Source of the DNA: Pseudobacteriovorax sp.
GTDB lineage: Bacteria > Bdellovibrionota_B > Oligoflexia > Oligoflexales > Oligoflexaceae
Direction: 5' to 3'
Assembly (NCBI GenBank): GCA_050293845.1
Contig: JBNKNM010000057.1
Span: 1-27,883, forward strand
DNA length: 27,883 nucleotides
Shown: one piece after another, positions 25,382 to 27,883 of the stretch
How the letters are laid out: each line of letters starts with the position of its first letter
Position numbering within the stretch: the first letter of the stretch is position 1
Notes under the pieces: generated by a model
Told to the model about the DNA's origin: nothing
The model's input: only the letters and a program-made list of their open reading frames with translations
Database searches by the model: none
Made by a program: the position numbers and the translations under genes

Positions 25382-25546
25382 ATGGAGTACCATACCAGTC
25401 AGACGCAACAATCTATGCTTAAAGTAAACAATGCCGATTACAAACTCGTTTGTACCTACCAGGTCTTACTGGAAACGCCACCTCCGTTGCTTGACATAGA
25501 CCAAGCAACCCCGATAATTAGAGCAAGAATAGCAAAGATGCAATAA
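25382..25546 (+). CDS. Possible small protein (54 aa)
   Basis: GAGG followed by ATG 25382 within track ORF 25271..25546; no motif; may instead be promoter DNA. Confidence 0.3.
   Translation: MEYHTSQTQQSMLKVNNADYKLVCTYQVLLETPPPLLDIDQATPIIRARIAKMQ
25491..25518 (+). promoter_or_regulatory. Candidate sigma70 promoter for the OMP gene
   Basis: TTGACA (25491-25496)-N16-GATAAT (25513-25518). Confidence 0.35.
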
Positions 25547-25679
25547 CCTGGGTGCATGCGTGTCTTTGGGGAGTGATTTACATGTCACAAAGACAGTTCA
25601 CCAACTTTATAATTGTATTTCCCGGTAATCTAGAAGCAATATACTTGTAGAAAGTTATGACATTGCAATAGGATGTAGC

Positions 25680-26237
25680 ATGATCAACAAACGACTCCTT
25701 ACCACTCTAACAGTAGCAACAATAGGAACTTCTGCATTAGCACAAGAAAAGGTTGGAGAAATCTTTGATACCGATCGTATTGAAAGACGTGTCGAGGCGA
25801 GGGACTACAGCTTCTTTTCCTTCGGACCTAATAGCCTAGGAAACCTTGAAGCTGACGGCGCTGGGCAAAGTATAACCTATGGGCACATTTGGGAAACGAC
25901 TCCCTATGCAGGTATCACACTTGCGGCAGATGGTGGCTTCAACTTTGGTGATGTTAAAGCATCAGTAATTTCTGGAACCCTGGGAGCCAATTTTTACCTG
26001 ACACCAACGGCTCTATCGCCATACGTTGGCTTTGGATTTGGCTATGGTGCCGCAGCATCTGAGACTAAAGGGATCGATAACGTAGGCGGATGGGCTGGAA
26101 AAGCCAGCCTTGGCATAGCTTTTTTCCGAACTTCAAGTGCGCAAATGCACATTACCGCACAATATCTCCATATTTTTGCCGACAACAATAAAGGGGAACC
26201 TAACCACGCATCTCTTTCCCTAGGTGTTGCATTTTAA
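25680..26237 (+). CDS. Outer-membrane beta-barrel protein (small 8-strand type)
   Basis: Signal peptide ending SALA, alternating amphipathic strands, SPYVGFGFGYG, C-terminal SLSLGVAF (terminal Phe). Confidence 0.8.
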   Translation: MINKRLLTTLTVATIGTSALAQEKVGEIFDTDRIERRVEARDYSFFSFGPNSLGNLEADGAGQSITYGHIWETTPYAGITLAADGGFNFGDVKASVISGTLGANFYLTPTALSPYVGFGFGYGAAASETKGIDNVGGWAGKASLGIAFFRTSSAQMHITAQYLHIFADNNKGEPNHASLSLGVAF

Positions 26238-26370
26238 TGGAAAGCCGGTGATGAACCGATCGGTGGGCACAAGGCATGTTGCGAATAAGCGAGAAATCAG
26301 GATTATCAAAAAGCATGATCCTGCAAAAAATTTTGTAAGAACTATAGAAACTAAAGAAGAAAGTTTCAAA

Positions 26371-27015
26371 ATGAGTATTCTCATGGAAAGCGTCAGTGTA
26401 GATAGAGTTGACGGAAGCTTACTAAAAAACACATTTTTCAAACAAAATAGCTCCACGAAAGATTTAGCAGTTTTGCTTCCTGGAGCAGGTTATCCATGCA
26501 GTGGACCATTGTTATATTATTCTACAAATTTATTATTAGAAAGGAAATACGATGTCCTCAATGTAGATTATGATTACAGATTCCATCCACCTAAGGATAA
26601 AAGAAAAGACTACTTGTACACGGATATTGTAAATTCAATGAATAGTGTTGCTAGCAATAAGTATTCAAGAATGGTAATCATTGCAAAATCCATAGGAACA
26701 AGAGGTCTCGCTTACGTACTAGAAGAAAATAACAAAAATATCTTTTGTAACGATACAAAAATAATATGGCTAACTCCCGGATGGGATTGTGATCTAACCT
26801 ACAAAGCTATGAAAAAATCTAGATTCCCTGGACTTTTTGTTATAGGAAACTTAGATCCATTTTACTCGAATGAAAAAGTAGCGGAACTAAGGACATTGGG
26901 GAATGAGGTTTTAGTCATTGATGGTGCCGATCACGGTATGGACATAGTAGATAGTGTCGAAGATTCCATTGACTGCATGAAAACTATTCAAAAAAGAATA
27001 CAGACATTGCTTTGA
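26371..27015 (+). CDS. Alpha/beta-fold hydrolase
   Basis: LLPGAGY...PLLYY, IAKSIGT nucleophile elbow, WLTP, GNLDP, GADHGM. Start probably ATG 26371 (or 26383), not 26224, which overlaps the OMP gene. Confidence 0.75.
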   Translation: MSILMESVSVDRVDGSLLKNTFFKQNSSTKDLAVLLPGAGYPCSGPLLYYSTNLLLERKYDVLNVDYDYRFHPPKDKRKDYLYTDIVNSMNSVASNKYSRMVIIAKSIGTRGLAYVLEENNKNIFCNDTKIIWLTPGWDCDLTYKAMKKSRFPGLFVIGNLDPFYSNEKVAELRTLGNEVLVIDGADHGMDIVDSVEDSIDCMKTIQKRIQTLL

Positions 27016-27120
27016 ACATTTAGAAGTTGAGCATGGCATTGAAACTATTCTTACTAAATGGGACAGATTAATCGTTATCAATGCTAAACCTTCCGTCATT
27101 AGTTTTCTCAGGATTAAAAT

Positions 27121-27306
27121 ATGCTGGAATTAAGACCTAATTGTGAAAATTGTAATAAAAGTTTGCCGCCAGAATCTACGGAAGCGATGATATGCTCTTA
27201 TGAGTGTACTTTTTGTAAATCCTGTGTAGAAAACATTTTGAAAAATGTTTGTTCAAACTGTGGAGGAGGTTTTTGCGGGAGACCAATTAGATCTTCACAA
27301 AACTAG
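27121..27306 (+). CDS. DUF1272 family Cys-rich zinc-binding protein, possibly C-terminally truncated
   Basis: MLELRPNCENC..LPP.S.EAMICSYECTFC..C....L.NVCSNCGG.F..RPIR signature. Confidence 0.8.
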   Translation: MLELRPNCENCNKSLPPESTEAMICSYECTFCKSCVENILKNVCSNCGGGFCGRPIRSSQN

Positions 27307-27453
27307 AAAATAAAGTGGTTGATTAATCTTCTGGAGACCCTCCCCCTTTACTTATTAGTTACTGAAAACTTACTCCGAAAATATTGCAATTCTTCTCAAA
27401 CATGTTTTCGAAGAAACGCACTTTCGCTATATTTAAAATGGTTATGGTAATTA

Positions 27454-27760
27454 TTAATTACTCTTGCCGGGAGGCTTTACCCTTGGCTTCTTATGACAAA
27501 GCACAGCAGGTGTCATGCGCAAGGAAGAAAACTCTGCCTTGCCATAAGGAGGCGAAAAACACCCTTTTGACCAATCCGCAAGCAGACGAAAATACCCCTC
27601 TGCGTAGCGGGTGTATTTGCGCATCCCATCTACACTTTCGGTGAATGCGACCATGCCGTGATCCGTATTGGGAAATACTACAATATCTATGGGTTTGCCT
27701 GCTTTACGAAGACTCATTAGTCGCTGTTTTGTTAGTTCCGGCGGTGCTTCCGGTTCTGTC
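27454..27760 (-). pseudogene. C-terminal fragment of an alpha/beta hydrolase (S9 peptidase-like)
   Basis: EAPPELTKQRL..L...GKPIDIVVFPNTDHG carries only the catalytic-His region; no upstream frame supplies the Ser/Asp parts (stops in all three frames between 27802 and 27883). Confidence 0.6.
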
Positions 27761-27818
27761 AATTTTCGTTCTTGAATTAAAGACAAAAAGAAGCGCACTT
27801 CTCAGTTCCTGAGAAATA

Positions 27819-27883
27819 TCAGAATTTGGTGTTTGAGGTAAGAGAGTCGGCATCGCTGACAGCCTCTTTTACCCCATCCTTAA
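27819..27883 (-). CDS. Possible 3' end of a gene entering from the right edge
   Basis: Frame reads KDGVKEAVSDADSLTSNTKF-stop, followed by hairpin TTCTCAG-GAA-CTGAGAA (27799-27815) and a T-rich run on the minus strand. Confidence 0.3.
   Translation of the reverse strand, partial: KDGVKEAVSDADSLTSNTKF

Noticed and set aside
25291..25440. ACCGATAA and GCCGATTA as additional sigma28 -10 elements
   Set aside because: No TAAAG-like -35 at the 11-nt spacing.
25572..25589. AGTGA-N8-TCACA as a CRP/FNR site
   Set aside because: Spacer is 8 nt rather than the required 6.
27011..27133. Open frame FEHLEVEHGIETILTKWDRLIVINAKP between the hydrolase and DUF1272
   Set aside because: No start codon or SD in frame and no recognisable motif; could be a fragment but cannot be supported.
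1..27883. tRNA, rRNA, known riboswitch (including c-di-GMP GEMM), IS element or anti-phage defence system
   Set aside because: No signature recognised by eye in any intergenic region or ORF; a tRNAscan/Infernal/DefenseFinder run would be needed to exclude them formally.

Overview
A gene-dense bacterial chromosomal window of about 32 CDS, with no rRNA, tRNA, CRISPR array or recognisable transposase/integrase. The gene mix (two PilZ proteins, CheV, TsaP-like LysM/DprA/Smg, VKOR-DsbA fusion, RhlB, CpoB-like TPR proteins) suggests a Gram-negative Bdellovibrionota/Oligoflexia-like organism; this is inference only. Left: a minus-strand exported protein running off the window edge (absent from the ORF track), head-to-head with a + strand cluster O-antigen-ligase-like / PilZ / TPR / LysM (TsaP-like) / dprA / smg / orphan CpaF-TadA-type ATPase. 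Middle: housekeeping genes rhlB, tsaD, rsmA, and a minus-strand run rlmD-kynA-dapC-dapD-ferredoxin. Right: a secreted protein with a papain-like Cys/His (NlpC/P60-like) signature, REC-PilZ, cheV-CPBP protease-BFD, a minus-strand operon VKOR-DsbA / tandem-domain protein / histone-H1-like protein / hypothetical / gmhB, a beta-barrel OMP, and an AT-richer, apparently decaying tail. Main observations not explained by annotation: (i) five sigma28 (FliA)-type promoters with exact 11-nt spacing, the best driving the secreted Cys/His hydrolase; (ii) a hairpin that fully sequesters the dprA Shine-Dalgarno; (iii) an orphan, partly degenerate TadA-like ATPase directly after dprA-smg; (iv) an internally duplicated unknown-domain protein next to an H1-like protein.
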